Origin: an uncultured Actinomycetota bacterium
Lineage (GTDB): Bacteria > Actinomycetota > Actinomycetes > CAVWCF01
Direction of reading: 5' to 3'
Assembly (NCBI GenBank): GCA_963753435.1
Contig: CAVWCF010000001.1
Coordinates: 704,554-768,553 of the forward strand
DNA: 64,000 nt
Under the pieces are notes generated by a model. The model saw only the letters and a list, made by a program, of their open reading frames with translations, searched no databases and was not told the origin of the DNA. The position numbers and the translations under genes were made by a program. Shown here one piece after another: positions 12,362 through 26,051 of this stretch; positions within the stretch are counted from its first letter, which is position 1; each line of letters opens with the position of its first letter.

Positions 12362-13033
12362 ATGCGCCTGGTCATCGCCCGCTGCCGGGTCGACTACGTG
12401 GGTCGCCTGACCGCCCACCTGCCGCTGGCCACACGCCTGCTGCTGATCAAGGCGGACGGCTCGGTGTCCATCCACGCCGATGACCGCGCCTACAAGCCGT
12501 TGAACTGGATGAGCCCGCCATGTGAACTCGAGGAGGGCGCCGGGGCCGACGGCCTGCTTTGGACGGTCACCAATCGCGGCGGCGAGCGCCTACTGATCGG
12601 CATCGAGGAGATCCTGCTCGACTCCAGCCACGAACTCGGCGTCGAACCCGGACTCAGCAAGGACGGCGTCGAGGCGCAGTTGCAGTCGCTGCTGGCCGAG
12701 CAACTGAACACGCTGGGCGACGACTGGTCGCTGATCCGTCGGGAGTACCCGACCGCGATCGGCCCAGTCGATCTGCTGTGCCGAGACGCGGATGGGGTGA
12801 CAGTCGCGGTCGAGGTGAAGCGCCGCGGCGACATGGACGGCGTCGAGCAGCTGACCCGGTATCTCGACCTGCTCAACCGCGACGAGTTGCTGGCCCCGGT
12901 GCGCGGGGTGTTCGCCGCTCAGGAGATCCGCCCGCAGGCCCGGACCCTGGCGCTGGACCGGGGCATCGAGTGCGTCGTGGTCGACTACGAGGCGCTGAAA
13001 GGGACGGACGACCCGGAGTCGCGGCTCTTCTGA
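12362..13033 (+). CDS. nucS: Endonuclease NucS (EndoMS), a mismatch-specific nuclease.
   Basis: [21 protein letters not shown]...KADGSVSIH...EVKRRG. 223 aa, the typical actinobacterial NucS size and N-terminus. Confidence 0.85.
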   Translation: MRLVIARCRVDYVGRLTAHLPLATRLLLIKADGSVSIHADDRAYKPLNWMSPPCELEEGAGADGLLWTVTNRGGERLLIGIEEILLDSSHELGVEPGLSKDGVEAQLQSLLAEQLNTLGDDWSLIRREYPTAIGPVDLLCRDADGVTVAVEVKRRGDMDGVEQLTRYLDLLNRDELLAPVRGVFAAQEIRPQARTLALDRGIECVVVDYEALKGTDDPESRLF

Positions 13034-13040
13034 CGCTAAC

Positions 13041-13904
13041 GTGCTTTGTGTGGAGCCGGCGATCACAGCGACGGATGTCCGGAAGCGGTACGGCGATACC
13101 CAGGCCCTCGACGGCGTCGACCTGCGCGTGGAACATCAGGAGTGCGTCGCTGTCCTCGGTCCCAACGGAGCCGGCAAGACCACGGCGGTGGAGATATTCG
13201 AGGGGTACCGCAACCGCGACTCCGGTGCTGTGACGGTCCTAGGCGCGGACCCGGCGTCCGCCGACCAGTCCTGGCGCCGACGCATCGGCATCGTGCTGCA
13301 GTCGGCCACCGACCTGGGAGATCTGACGGTGGCGGAGACGGTTCACCACTTCGCCACGTACTACCCCAATCCCCGCAACCCGGACGAGGTGATTGACCTG
13401 GTGGGGTTGTCGGCAAAGCGAGACGCTCGCGGCCGGTTGCTCTCCGGGGGCCAGCGGCGGCGCCTGGACGTGGCGCTGGGCATCATCGGCCGACCGGAAT
13501 TGCTCTTCCTCGACGAACCGACGACCGGCTTCGACCCGGAGGCACGACGGGATTTCTGGGCGCTGATCGCCCAGCTTCGCGCCGCCGGCACAACGATCCT
13601 GCTCACGACGCACTACCTGGAGGAGGCCGAAGCGCTCGCCGACCGGGTCGTGGTGATCGCGAACGGTCAGGTTCGCGCGGAGGGGCCGCCGGCGACCCTT
13701 GGCGGTCGCAGCAACGGCAAGGCCGAAGTTTCATGGGCCGAAGCGGGCCAGCTGCGCACGGAGGCAACCGACGATCCGACCAAGGTCGTCCTGGACCTGG
13801 CGGCCCGGTTCGGTGGACCGATCCCGGAGTTGACGGTGCGTCGGCCGACGCTTGAGGACACCTACCTGGCACTTGTGGGCCAGGAGAACGAGCCGGCGTC
13901 ATGA
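13041..13904 (+). CDS. ABC transporter ATP-binding protein.
   Basis: Walker A GPNGAGKTT, ABC signature LSGGQRRRL, Walker B LLFLDEPTTGFD. The true start may be the TTG/GTG a few codons into the ORF. Confidence 0.8.
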   Translation: MLCVEPAITATDVRKRYGDTQALDGVDLRVEHQECVAVLGPNGAGKTTAVEIFEGYRNRDSGAVTVLGADPASADQSWRRRIGIVLQSATDLGDLTVAETVHHFATYYPNPRNPDEVIDLVGLSAKRDARGRLLSGGQRRRLDVALGIIGRPELLFLDEPTTGFDPEARRDFWALIAQLRAAGTTILLTTHYLEEAEALADRVVVIANGQVRAEGPPATLGGRSNGKAEVSWAEAGQLRTEATDDPTKVVLDLAARFGGPIPELTVRRPTLEDTYLALVGQENEPAS

Positions 13905-14716
13905 GCGTTACGGAAGCGAGCCCACCATCAGCCTGGAGTCTCGGGCGGCGCCGTGCCGGCATCGAGTTGAAGCAGTTCTTCCGCGACCGCGAGTCGGCAC
14001 TGTTCAACTTCGCACTGCCCATGCTGCTGCTGGTCGTCTTCGGTTCCGCGTTCGATGCGGAGATCGAGCCTGGTGTGACCTTCAGCCAGTACTTCCTGGC
14101 CGGCATGATCGCCAGCGGCCTCGTCTACAGCGGCTTTCAGAACCTCGCCATCTCGATTCCCCTGGAGCGCGACGACGGAACCCTCAAGCGGCTGCGCGGC
14201 ACCCCGATGCCGTCCGCCTCGTACTTCATCGGCAAGACCATCGTGGTGCTCATTTCGGTCACGGCGCAGATAACACTGCTGCTCGCCATCGGCGTCCTGC
14301 TCTTCGACGTGACGATGCCGGACACCGCGCAGAAATGGTTCACGTTGCTCTGGGTGAGCCTGCTGGGCGTGGTCGTCTGCTCACTGCTCGGAATCGCCTA
14401 CTCAGCCATACCTCGCAACGGGCGCAGTGCGTCCGCGCTGGTGACGCCGGTCGTGCTGGTGTTGCAGTTCACGTCCGGCGTCTTCTTCGTGTTCAGCCAG
14501 TTGCCTTCGTGGATGCAGCAATTCGCGTCCCTGTTCCCGCTGAAGTGGCTGTGCCAGGGCATGCGGTCGGTGTTCCTGCCGGAGTCGTTCGCCGCCGTCG
14601 AACCGGCTGGCTCGTGGGAACTGCCCATGGTGGCGCTGGTGCTTGTCGCGTGGTCGATCGGGGCAGCCGTGCTGGCCCGCCTGGCGTTTCGGTGGACCCG
14701 CAGCGATGCTGACTGA
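13901..14716 (+). CDS. ABC-2 type transporter permease.
   Basis: 271-aa polytopic membrane protein. Overlaps the stop of the ATPase gene by 4 bp. ABC-2 exporter topology. Confidence 0.7.
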   Translation: MSVTEASPPSAWSLGRRRAGIELKQFFRDRESALFNFALPMLLLVVFGSAFDAEIEPGVTFSQYFLAGMIASGLVYSGFQNLAISIPLERDDGTLKRLRGTPMPSASYFIGKTIVVLISVTAQITLLLAIGVLLFDVTMPDTAQKWFTLLWVSLLGVVVCSLLGIAYSAIPRNGRSASALVTPVVLVLQFTSGVFFVFSQLPSWMQQFASLFPLKWLCQGMRSVFLPESFAAVEPAGSWELPMVALVLVAWSIGAAVLARLAFRWTRSDAD

Positions 14717-14739
14717 CTACGGATCGGAGGAGGAGAAAG

Positions 14740-15051
14740 ATGAACGACCAGCGCCAGCAGTGGGACGAGTACGTGGACCGGGCCAGTGACGTACTGAGCG
14801 GCTTGATCGCCGACGCCCAGCGCACCTTGGAGGACGGCCGCAAGAGTCTCGGCGAGTACCAGGCCCGCCGCCAAACGGAGCGTTTGCTCGCTCGACTCGG
14901 CGCCGCCGTTTACGCCGCCGAACGATCTGGCGGGCCCGCCGCGGCCGTGGCTGAAGCGATGTCCGCCGTCGACGAGCACGTGGCAGCGCACGGGTCCGCG
15001 GACCTGCCGCCTGCCGATGTCGACCGGGCCGGCAGCGAGGCGAACGATTAG
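14740..15051 (+). CDS. Hypothetical protein.
   Basis: 103-aa acidic helical ORF with an RBS-like GGAGGAG upstream. Convergent with ecm and overlaps its stop by 4 bp. No recognisable motif. Confidence 0.35.
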   Translation: MNDQRQQWDEYVDRASDVLSGLIADAQRTLEDGRKSLGEYQARRQTERLLARLGAAVYAAERSGGPAAAVAEAMSAVDEHVAAHGSADLPPADVDRAGSEAND

Positions 15052-17018
15052 CCGTCTGCCAACCCCCGGGCCCGGCGGATGGCGCCGACCACCTGCGTCA
15101 GGTCCTCGGTCAGGTCGAAGTCCTTCGGGGTGAACACCGCAGCCACCCCGCCAGCGACCAGGACAGCAGCGTCGGCAGCCGGGATGATCCCGCCGACGAC
15201 CACGGGCACGTCGGTCAGCCCTGCCTCCCGCAGCCCGGCCACCACCGCGGGCACCAGGTCCAGGTGCGAACCGGACAGCACCGACAGGCCCACGCAGTGG
15301 ACGTCGTCGGCGACCGCCGAGGCGACGATCTGCTCCGGGGTGAGTCGGATGCCCGCGTAGACGACCTCGAAACCCGCGTCGCGGGCGCGCACCGCAACCT
15401 GTTCGGCGCCGTTGCTGTGGCCGTCCAAGCCGGGCTTGGCCACCAGGATCCGCAATCGAGTCCCTAGCTGGGCTCCGGTGCTCTGCACCAGTTCGCGCAG
15501 CTGGGCCAACCCGGCCGAAGGCGTAGTCGGAGCATCGGCTACCCCCGTGGGCGCGCGGTACTCGCCGAAGACCTCGCGCAGCGCACCCGCCCACTCCCCG
15601 GTTGTCACACCGGCACGGGCGCACTGCATGGTGGCCGGCATCAACGACTCGGTACCAGCGGCGGCAGCGGTCAAGGCCGCCAAAGCCTCCTTGACCGCCA
15701 CCGGATCCCGTTGCTCACGCCAACGCTGCAGCGCTGCCACGGCTTCAGCTTCCGCGGCGGGGTCGACGCTGAGGATCGCCGCGCCACTGGCGGTCAACGG
15801 GCTGGGCTCGGTCTCCACGAACGAGTTGACGCCGATGACCTTCTGCTCACCGGACTCGATGCGGCCGCGACGCTGGGCGTGCGAGCTCACCAACTGCGCC
15901 TTCAGATAGCCGTCGGCGACGGCGGCCACTACGCCGCCACGAGCGTCGATCTGCTCCAGCTCCGCTCTGGCGGCATCGAGGAGTTCGGTGACTTTGCTTT
16001 CGACGACCGGAGAGCCGGTGAACAGGTCGGGGTATTCCAGCAAGTCGGACTCGTATGCGAGTACCTGCTGCATTCGCAGCGACCACTGCTGGTCCCATGG
16101 TCGTGGCAGGCCGAGGGCCTCGTTCCAAGCGGGCAACTGGATGGCTCGGGCCCGGGCGTCCCGACTCAAGGTCACGCCCAGCATCTCCAGCATGATGCGA
16201 GCGACGTTGTTTTCCGGCTGCTCCTCCGTGAGGCCCAGCGAATTGACCTGCACTCCATACCGGAAGCGACGCTGGTCTGGGTTCTCGATGCCGTAGCGGT
16301 CGCGGGTGATCTCCTCCCAGAGGAGACCGAACGCGCGCATCTTGCACATCTCCTCCACGAAGCGAACTCCGGCGTTCACGAAGAAAGACATGCGACCGAC
16401 AACGTCACCGAATCGCTCCGGTGGCACCTGCCCGCTGTCCCGCACCGCGTCCAGCACGGCGATCGCAGTCGCCATCGAGAACGCCAACTCCTGCACGGGA
16501 GTGGCCCCGGCCTCCTGCAGGTGATACGAGCAGATGTTGATCGGGTTCCACTTCGGCATCGTCGCCACCGAATGCGCGATGAGGTCTGCAGACAACCGCA
16601 GGCTGACCTCCGGCCCGAAGACGTAGGTGCCGCGACTCAAGTACTCCTTGATGATGTCGTTCTGCGTAGTACCGGACAGGGCTGCGATCTCGACGCCGGT
16701 CTCGGCGGCCACCGCCTCGTACAGCGCCAGTAGCCACATCGCGGTGGCGTTGATCGTCATCGAGGTGTTCATCCGGTCCAGGGGCAACCCGTCGAACAGC
16801 GCGCGCATGTCCCCCAAGTGCGCGATCGGCACACCCACGCGGCCAACTTCCCCACGCGCCCGGGGGTCGTCAGGGTCGTAGCCGGTCTGGGTGGGCAGGT
16901 CGAACGCGACCGAAAGCCCGGTCTGGCCCTTGGCCATGTTGGTGTGGAAAAGGGCGTTGGAGGCCTGCGCCGACGTGTGTCCGGCGTAGGTCCGCATGAC
17001 CCAGGGCCGATCCGGCAT
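15048..17018 (-). CDS. ecm: Ethylmalonyl-CoA mutase (MeaA/Ecm), a B12-dependent fused mutase with a C-terminal cobalamin-binding domain.
   Basis: MPDRPWVMRTYAGHTSAQASNALFHTNMAKGQTGLSVAFDLPTQTGYDPDDP...NPINICSYHLQEAGATPVQELAFSMA is a MeaA-type N-terminus. C-terminal B12-binding motifs GLDGHSNGAEQVAVRARDAGFEVVY and VVVGGIIP. 656 aa. Confidence 0.8.
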   Translation of the reverse strand: MPDRPWVMRTYAGHTSAQASNALFHTNMAKGQTGLSVAFDLPTQTGYDPDDPRARGEVGRVGVPIAHLGDMRALFDGLPLDRMNTSMTINATAMWLLALYEAVAAETGVEIAALSGTTQNDIIKEYLSRGTYVFGPEVSLRLSADLIAHSVATMPKWNPINICSYHLQEAGATPVQELAFSMATAIAVLDAVRDSGQVPPERFGDVVGRMSFFVNAGVRFVEEMCKMRAFGLLWEEITRDRYGIENPDQRRFRYGVQVNSLGLTEEQPENNVARIMLEMLGVTLSRDARARAIQLPAWNEALGLPRPWDQQWSLRMQQVLAYESDLLEYPDLFTGSPVVESKVTELLDAARAELEQIDARGGVVAAVADGYLKAQLVSSHAQRRGRIESGEQKVIGVNSFVETEPSPLTASGAAILSVDPAAEAEAVAALQRWREQRDPVAVKEALAALTAAAAGTESLMPATMQCARAGVTTGEWAGALREVFGEYRAPTGVADAPTTPSAGLAQLRELVQSTGAQLGTRLRILVAKPGLDGHSNGAEQVAVRARDAGFEVVYAGIRLTPEQIVASAVADDVHCVGLSVLSGSHLDLVPAVVAGLREAGLTDVPVVVGGIIPAADAAVLVAGGVAAVFTPKDFDLTEDLTQVVGAIRRARGLADG

Positions 17019-17082
17019 CCGCTCCTCCTTAAGGAACGGCCCAACCCTACTCGCCAGTAACCTCGACCGAGCAGGCGGAATG

Positions 17083-17403
17083 TCAGCCGACGCTGCGCGT
17101 AGCCCGATCCAGGTGCAGCACTCGGTGCAGCCGAGTTACGGCGAGCAGCCGCAGGACGTTGGGCTGGGGGTCGGACAGCACCAACCGGCGGCCAGCCTGT
17201 CGACAACGCCGGTGTGTGCCCACCAGCAACGCCAAACCCGCCGAGTCCAGCACCTGGACACCGGAGCAATCAAGGATCAGATCGCCGGATCCAGCGGCCA
17301 CGGCGATCTCCAACTCGTAGCGCACGGCGCCGATGGTGGCGGCGTCTACACGATGCGGCAGGGTCAAGCGAACCTCGACGCCCGAGGAATGGGATTCCAC
17401 AGC
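17083..17403 (-). CDS. STAS-domain protein (anti-sigma factor antagonist, SpoIIAA-like).
   Basis: GDLILDCSGVQVLDSAGLALLVGTHRRCRQAGRRLVLSDPQPNVLRLLAVTRL is the STAS pattern. Start set at the internal GTG (VESHSSGVEV). The track ORF runs 17083..17538. Confidence 0.5.
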   Translation of the reverse strand, partial: AVESHSSGVEVRLTLPHRVDAATIGAVRYELEIAVAAGSGDLILDCSGVQVLDSAGLALLVGTHRRCRQAGRRLVLSDPQPNVLRLLAVTRLHRVLHLDRATRSVG

Positions 17404-17568
17404 CGACCTCCTCCCGGCGGCGGCCACATGGCCGTGGCGGGGAAGGCCGCCGGTCTTGGTGAGTCGGGTGCCGCAGCACCCGACTCGGAACAAAGGTAGG
17501 GAGTAGGTCCGGCGCCGCCGCTGTGCGACACGCACCAAGCCGATCTCAGTCGGGTTCGGGCACCGCGC

Positions 17569-18426
17569 TCATTCGGCGTAGTCGAAGAAACCGCGACCGC
17601 TCTTGCGCCCCAAATCACCCGCGGCCACCATCCGCTGCAGCAACTCCGGCGGGAAGAACTTCGGATCCCGGGTCTCGTCATAGACCGCCCGAGCGGCGTT
17701 GACCATGACGTCCACACCGGTGAGGTCGATCGTGGCCAGCGGACCCATCGCATGACCGAAGCCGAGCCGACAGGCAGTGTCCACGTCAGCGGCGCTGGCC
17801 ACACCGCTGTCGACAAGGCGCACCGCCTCGTTTGCCAGGGCGCTGATCAAGCGCGTTGTGATGAACCCGGCGACATCGCGGTTCACCACCACGCACTCCT
17901 TTCCGATCTGCTCCGCGAACTGGCGGGCACGTGCCAACGTCTCATCGGAGGTGTGTCGGCCCCGGACTAGTTCGACCAGTGGCATCAACGGAACCGGGGA
18001 GAAGAAGTGGGTACCGACGACGCGCTCGGGTCGCGTGGTGGCCGCGGCGATCCGGGTGATCGGGATGGCCGACGTATTGGTGGCGAGGATGCTGGTGGCC
18101 GGTGCCGCCGCCTCGACCGCAGCGAAGATCTCCTGCTTCAGCGCCACGTCCTCGATAACGGCTTCGACAACGACGTCGGCCGTGGCGACGGCGTCGGACA
18201 GAGTGGAAGCCACCTCGATCCGATCGCGGGACGCCGCTGCGGCGTCGGCGGCCAGGACCGCCTTATCCACGAGTTTGGCCAGCGACTTATCGATGCCGGC
18301 GAGCCCGCGTGCGGCGGCCCGCTCGTCGACGTCGTGCAGACGGACTGAGAACCCGCCTACCGCGGCCACTTGCGCAATACCCGCGCCCATCAAGCCGGCC
18401 CCGATAACCGCCACCGTGTCGCCCAT
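17569..18426 (-). CDS. hbd: 3-hydroxybutyryl-CoA dehydrogenase.
   Basis: MGDTVAVIGAGLMGAGIAQV Rossmann motif, HFFSPVPLMPLVELV, GHAMGPLATIDLTGVD. Start set at MGDTV. Confidence 0.8.
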   Translation of the reverse strand: MGDTVAVIGAGLMGAGIAQVAAVGGFSVRLHDVDERAAARGLAGIDKSLAKLVDKAVLAADAAAASRDRIEVASTLSDAVATADVVVEAVIEDVALKQEIFAAVEAAAPATSILATNTSAIPITRIAAATTRPERVVGTHFFSPVPLMPLVELVRGRHTSDETLARARQFAEQIGKECVVVNRDVAGFITTRLISALANEAVRLVDSGVASAADVDTACRLGFGHAMGPLATIDLTGVDVMVNAARAVYDETRDPKFFPPELLQRMVAAGDLGRKSGRGFFDYAE

Positions 18427-18492
18427 GCGTCCTCCTTGATCGCGGGCAACGCTAGCCGTCCGGTGTCGAAACCCGTCCGCGCGGAGCACACT

Positions 18493-18813
18493 GTGGGTGT
18501 GCTTGACGGCTACTCGTTCCTATGGGCACCGGCGCTGGCCTTCCTCGCAGTGCTCCTGCTCATCGGCGTGCTGCGCTGGGGTTTCTCCAGCGGCGGCTCC
18601 CTCATCGCCCGTCCGGCGCAGCGGGGTCCGAGTGAGTCCTACGGGCTGCTGGTCGCGGTGGCCGAACCGGCGACCGTTGCCGCCGGTGAGCGGTCGCGCG
18701 ACCAACTGCTGGCGGCGGGCATCCGCGCAACGCTGGCCCAGACCGACGAGGGCTTGCGCCTGATGGTCTTCGACGGTGATCTGGACCGAGCTCGCCGCGC
18801 GCTGCAGGGCTAG
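18493..18813 (+). CDS. Small hypothetical membrane protein.
   Basis: One predicted TM helix (FLWAPALAFLAVLLLIGVLRWGF) and a short soluble tail. GTG start chosen to avoid overlap with hbd. Weak call. Confidence 0.3.
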   Translation: MGVLDGYSFLWAPALAFLAVLLLIGVLRWGFSSGGSLIARPAQRGPSESYGLLVAVAEPATVAAGERSRDQLLAAGIRATLAQTDEGLRLMVFDGDLDRARRALQG

Positions 18814-18826
18814 CCGTTCACGCCGG

Positions 18827-20101
18827 TCAGGGGGCCGGGTCCGGCTCCCGGATGACGTCAGCGCCGAGCCCGCGCAACTGCGCATCGAAACCCGGATAGC
18901 CGCGGTCGATGTGGTACGCGTCGGAGACCGTGGTCACACCCTCGGCCACCAAACCGGCGACGACGAGCCCGGCGCCGGCCCGGATGTCGGTCGCGCGCAC
19001 CGGAGCACCGGACAGCATCTCCTGGCCGCGGATCACCGCGTGGTGCCCGTCGACGCGAATGTCCGCACCCAGCCGGGCGATCTCGTTGGCGAACATGAAG
19101 CGGGCTTCGAACACGTTCTCGGTCACCAAGGCAGTGCCTTTGGCCACCGCGGACATCGCGATCACCATCGGTTGCAGATCGGTCGGGAATCCGGGATACG
19201 GAAGCGTGACGACGTCCACGGCGCGGGGCCGCTGAGACATCTCCACCGTGAACCCAGCCGGATCCGTAGTCACCGAAGCGCCGGCCGTCACGAGTTTGTC
19301 CAGAGCAACGTCCAAGTGCTCCGCTCGGCCCCGCTCCACCCGCACCCGCCCACCCGTGGTCGCCGCGGCGAACGCCCAGGTTCCGGCAACAATCCGGTCC
19401 GGGACGGCGGTGTATTCCACGGCACTTAACGCGTCCACACCGACGATCTCCAGCGTCGGGGTGCCGATCCCGGAGATCTCGGCCCCCATCGCAACCAGCA
19501 TCTGGCAGAGGTCGACGATCTCGGGTTCGCGCGCGGCGTTATCGATGACGGTGGTGCCCTGCGCCGAAACAGCCGCCATCAACAGGTTCTCGGTTGCGCC
19601 CACCGACGGAAAGTCCAACCAGATCGTCGCGCCGCTCAGGCCGCGCGGGGCACGCGCCCGCAGGTAGCCGTGTTCGCTGGTTACTTCGGCGCCGAGGCGC
19701 ACCAGACCGGCCACGTGCAGGTCCAGGCCCCGCGAGCCGATGGCGTCGCCACCGGGAAGGGCCACGTCGACCTCACCACATCGCGCCAGCAGCGGGCCCA
19801 ACACGCTGATCGACGCCCGCAGGCGCCGGACCAGGTCGTAGTCGGCCTGGTGGCCGGGTCGATCCGGCACTGCCACAGCGAGCGAGGCGGCGTCCACGTC
19901 CAAGTCCACCGCGCAGCCGAGTCGTCGCAACAACTCGGCCATGATCTCGACGTCGAGGATCTGTGGCACCTCATGTAGAACCGACCGACCCTCGGCCAGG
20001 AGCGTTGCAGCCATCAGTTTCAAGACGCTGTTCTTGGCTCCAGTCACCCGAACCGAGCCGTTCAGCTGCGTGCCGCCACGAACCCTGAGTCGCTCCACGC
20101 G
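18827..20101 (-). CDS. murA: UDP-N-acetylglucosamine 1-carboxyvinyltransferase.
   Basis: [42 protein letters not shown] start (VERLRVRGG) gives about 425 aa. The track ORF extends to 20530 with a non-homologous N-terminus. Confidence 0.85.
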   Translation of the reverse strand, partial: RVERLRVRGGTQLNGSVRVTGAKNSVLKLMAATLLAEGRSVLHEVPQILDVEIMAELLRRLGCAVDLDVDAASLAVAVPDRPGHQADYDLVRRLRASISVLGPLLARCGEVDVALPGGDAIGSRGLDLHVAGLVRLGAEVTSEHGYLRARAPRGLSGATIWLDFPSVGATENLLMAAVSAQGTTVIDNAAREPEIVDLCQMLVAMGAEISGIGTPTLEIVGVDALSAVEYTAVPDRIVAGTWAFAAATTGGRVRVERGRAEHLDVALDKLVTAGASVTTDPAGFTVEMSQRPRAVDVVTLPYPGFPTDLQPMVIAMSAVAKGTALVTENVFEARFMFANEIARLGADIRVDGHHAVIRGQEMLSGAPVRATDIRAGAGLVVAGLVAEGVTTVSDAYHIDRGYPGFDAQLRGLGADVIREPDPAP

Positions 20102-20149
20102 CTGAGGGTACGGACTCCCCAACGCGGTTGCGGCCGTACGCTGCTGGTC

Positions 20150-20731
20150 ATGGTGAACCTCACGCGCATCTACACCCGCACCGGCGACGACGGCACCACT
20201 GCGCTGGGGGATTTCACGCGCACAGACAAGAACGATGCCCGGCTGGTCGCCTACGCGGACGTGGACGAAGCCAATGCCTGCGTTGGGTTGGTTCTCGTTG
20301 CCGCCGGCCTGGACGCGGACGTGTCCCAGACACTGCTGAGGATCCAGAACGACCTGTTCGACGTGGGTGCTGACCTCTGCACTCCCCCGGCCGAGACCGG
20401 CACACAACTGCGTATCACCCAGGAGTACGTGACCTGGCTGGAATCGCAGATCGACATGTACAACGCCGGGCTCGAGCCGTTGCGTTCGTTCGTGCTGCCC
20501 GGCGGCACCGAAGTCGCAGCCCGGCTGCACCAGGCACGAACCGTCGTACGTCGCGCCGAACGGGCGACCTGGGCCGCCAGCCAGGGATTCCCCGGCCAGG
20601 TGAGCCCGCTAGCCGCGCAGTACCTGAACCGGCTCTCGGACCTGCTGTTCGTGCTGTCCCGGTACGCCAACCGCGAAGCCGGCGATCTGCTTTGGCAGCC
20701 GGGACGGCGGCAGCAGGACGAACCTGCCTAG
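20150..20731 (+). CDS. ATP:cob(I)alamin adenosyltransferase, PduO type.
   Basis: [21 protein letters not shown]...[13 protein letters not shown] is the PduO-type signature. 193 aa. Its stop overlaps the atpC stop by a shared CTAG. Confidence 0.8.
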   Translation: MVNLTRIYTRTGDDGTTALGDFTRTDKNDARLVAYADVDEANACVGLVLVAAGLDADVSQTLLRIQNDLFDVGADLCTPPAETGTQLRITQEYVTWLESQIDMYNAGLEPLRSFVLPGGTEVAARLHQARTVVRRAERATWAASQGFPGQVSPLAAQYLNRLSDLLFVLSRYANREAGDLLWQPGRRQQDEPA

Positions 20732-21137
20732 ATCGTCACGTCCGGACGAATCGCCCCGACAGCCCGCAACCGCGCCGACGCGCGGCGTTCGGCTGCCTCC
20801 ATGCCGTCGTCGCCCGCAGCCACTGCCTGCTGGGCGCGCGCTAGCGCCTCCTGGGCCCGCTTGGTGTCGATCTCGCCGGCCAACTCCGCCACGGACGCCA
20901 GGACGCGCACGAAGTCCGCGTCCACCGAGACGAAGCCGCCGTGAACCGCGGCCACAACCGGCTCACCGTCAGCCGGTTTGACCTCCACCACGCCCCCCTC
21001 GGCGAGCGAGGCCAGCAGCGGCTCGTGGCCGGGCAGCACGCCGAGTTGACCATCGGTGGTGCGCACCCCGACGAAGGCCGCCGAGCCTTCCCAAAGCTCC
21101 CGGCTCGGCGTGACGATCCGGACCGTCAACTCGCCCA

Positions 21138-21138
<1 letters not shown>
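20728..21138 (-). CDS. atpC: F1 ATP synthase epsilon subunit.
   Basis: MGELTVRIVTPSRELWEGSAAFVGVRTTDGQLGVLPGHEPLL. Start at the internal ATG overlapping the atpD stop (ATGA). Confidence 0.85.
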
Positions 21139-23509
<2,371 letters not shown>

Positions 23510-23532
23510 GTTCTCGCCTTCCTACGTCCGGC

Positions 23533-25173
23533 TCAGGCGCCCGAGCGCGACTTGGCCGTGATGGTGATGTGCTCGACGTCTTCTTCCTCCAACGCCTCCA
23601 CCGGCACGTCCTTGACCAGCAACTCGCCGCTGCTTGTCGTGAACTGGCGCTTGAACGTGTTGATCGCCGCTTCCAGCGAGGCCGCCGTGTCGTCGGCGAG
23701 GTCGCCGGTCTCGGCGATGGTGGACAGGATTCCGGCCTGCTCGCGGCCCAGGTAGTCGAGGAACTCGCCCTCGAACCGCCGCACGTCCTCAACCGGCACT
23801 TCGTCGATCTGCCCGGTGGTTCCCGACCAGATGCTCACGACCTCGCGCTCCATGGAGTACGGCGTGTACTGCGGCTGCTTGAGGATCTCCACCAGTCGCG
23901 CGCCGCGCTCCAGCGCGGCCTTGGAGGTCTTGTCCAGGTCCGAACCGAAGGCCGCGAACGCCTCCAGCTCGCGGAACTGCGCCAGGTCGAGCCGAAGTCG
24001 ACCGGCGACCTTCCGCATCGCCTTCGGCTGGGCCGACCCACCGACTCGAGACACCGAAATACCGACGTTGATGGCCGGGCGAACACCGGAGTTGAACAGG
24101 TCGGTCTCCAAGAAGCACTGACCGTCGGTGATGGAGATGACGTTCGTCGGGATGTATGCGGAGACGTCGTTGCCCTTGGTCTCGATGATCGGCAGACCAG
24201 TGAGCGAACCGCCGCCGAGCTCGTTCGACAGCTTCGCGCAGCGCTCCAGCAGGCGCGAGTGCAGGTAGAACACGTCGCCGGGGTAGGCCTCACGGCCCGG
24301 CGGGCGCCGCAGCAGCAGTGAGACCGCGCGGTAGGCCTCGGCCTGCTTGGACAGGTCATCGAACACGATCAAGCTGTGCTCGCCCTTGTACATCCAGTGC
24401 TGGCCGATGGCTGACCCGGTGTAGGGGGCCAGGTACTTGAAGCCGGCCGGGTCCGAGGCCGGGGCGGCCACGATGGTCGTGTACTCCAGCGCGCCGGCCT
24501 CTTCCAGGGCGCGCCGCACGCTGGCGATGGTCGAGCCCTTCTGGCCAATCGCGACGTAGACGCACTTGACGCGCTTGGACTTGTCGCCGGACTTCCAGTT
24601 GTCCCGCTGGTTGATGATCGCGTCGATGGCGATGGCCGTCTTGCCGGTCTGCCGGTCACCGATGATCAACTGGCGCTGGCCGCGGCCGATGGCCGTCATC
24701 GCGTCGATGGCCTTGATGCCCGTCTGCAGGGCCTCCTTGACCGGCTGGCGCTCGACGACGGTCGGCGCCTGCAACTCCAGGGCGCGAATGGCCTCCGCCT
24801 GGATGGGACCCAGGCCGTCGATCGGGTTGCCCAGCGGGTCCACGACCCGGCCGAGGAATCCGTCGCCAACCGGAACCGAGAGGATCTCCCCGGTCCGCTT
24901 GACCGGCTGGCCCTCCTCGACGTGGCTGCCCTCGCCCAGGAACACGGTCCCGATCTCGCGCAGGTCCAGGTTCAGAGCCAGTCCGCGCAGACCACCCTCG
25001 AACTCCAACAGTTCGTTGGTCATGGCCGAGTGCAGGCCCTCCACGCGGGCAATGCCGTCGCCGGTCTCGACTACGCGACCGATCTCCTCACGCGTCGTCT
25101 CCGGGCTGTAGTCCTCGACGTGACGCGCGATCGCATCCCGGATCTCGTCGGGTCGGATCGTCAACTCCGCCAT
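23533..25173 (-). CDS. atpA: F1 ATP synthase alpha subunit.
   Basis: [14 protein letters not shown]-loop. 546 aa. Confidence 0.95.
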   Translation of the reverse strand: MAELTIRPDEIRDAIARHVEDYSPETTREEIGRVVETGDGIARVEGLHSAMTNELLEFEGGLRGLALNLDLREIGTVFLGEGSHVEEGQPVKRTGEILSVPVGDGFLGRVVDPLGNPIDGLGPIQAEAIRALELQAPTVVERQPVKEALQTGIKAIDAMTAIGRGQRQLIIGDRQTGKTAIAIDAIINQRDNWKSGDKSKRVKCVYVAIGQKGSTIASVRRALEEAGALEYTTIVAAPASDPAGFKYLAPYTGSAIGQHWMYKGEHSLIVFDDLSKQAEAYRAVSLLLRRPPGREAYPGDVFYLHSRLLERCAKLSNELGGGSLTGLPIIETKGNDVSAYIPTNVISITDGQCFLETDLFNSGVRPAINVGISVSRVGGSAQPKAMRKVAGRLRLDLAQFRELEAFAAFGSDLDKTSKAALERGARLVEILKQPQYTPYSMEREVVSIWSGTTGQIDEVPVEDVRRFEGEFLDYLGREQAGILSTIAETGDLADDTAASLEAAINTFKRQFTTSSGELLVKDVPVEALEEEDVEHITITAKSRSGA

Positions 25174-25239
25174 CTTGCGCTTCCTCCGGTTCCACCCGCC
25201 TGTCGGCGGTCGGTTGGTTGTCCTAGTGCGAGACCGGCC

Positions 25240-26051
25240 TCAGCCGGCAACCCGCCGTGCTGCTTGCTCCAGTCGCGTGTCGACCGTTCCGTCGATGATC
25301 TCCTCGCCCACGCGGACCCGTACGCCGCCGCGGACCTCGCGGTCCACCGCAACCTGCAGGTCGATGCCCCGACGGTAGATCCGCTCCAGCACCGCGGCCA
25401 GTCGCTGCTCCTGATCGCCGGTGAGCGGCACCGCCACGGTCACGTCGGCCAGCAGACGTCCTCGGCGCGCGGCCGCCAACTGGGCCAGTTCGACGACGAA
25501 GTCCTCCACCGAGCGTCCCAGCGGCGCGAGGATGGCCTGCTGCAGCAGGGTCTGCGTCTGCTCGGCGACCCGGCCGTCCAGCAGGTCCGCGACCAACCGC
25601 TGCTTGCTGTCCGCTGGGACAGCGGTGCTGTCCAGCACCAACCCCAGCTCGCCGTTTGCGCTGAGCAGTCGGCCGAAGCGGAACAACTCCTCCTCGACGC
25701 GGTCCAACTGACCGGCCGTCTCGGCCAACGCCAGCGTGGCCACCAGGCCACTGTGCTGAACCGCCTCGACCAGGTCCCGCGGCGACGTCCACCGCAGTGC
25801 CACCGCCGCTTTCAGGACGTCCAGTGCCGCAGCCTCGATCCGCGCCCCGAACAGCGAGTCGACCAACGCCAGCCTTGCCTCAACCGGCTGGCCGGCGTCC
25901 GTCAGCGTCGTCCGCAGACTGCGCTCGCGACCGATGACCTCAGCGACGGCCAGCAGGTCGTCTGCGGTCGTCTGCGTGACCGCGTCCTGGCTGAGCCGTG
26001 CGTCCAGATCGGCGTCAAGAGCGGCCTGGGACTCCCGGCTGACTCCAAGCA

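Noticed and set aside
20728-20731. Shared CTAG between convergent PduO-type adenosyltransferase and atpC stops
   Set aside because: The 4-bp overlap of convergent stop codons is a compact-genome curiosity without evident regulatory meaning.
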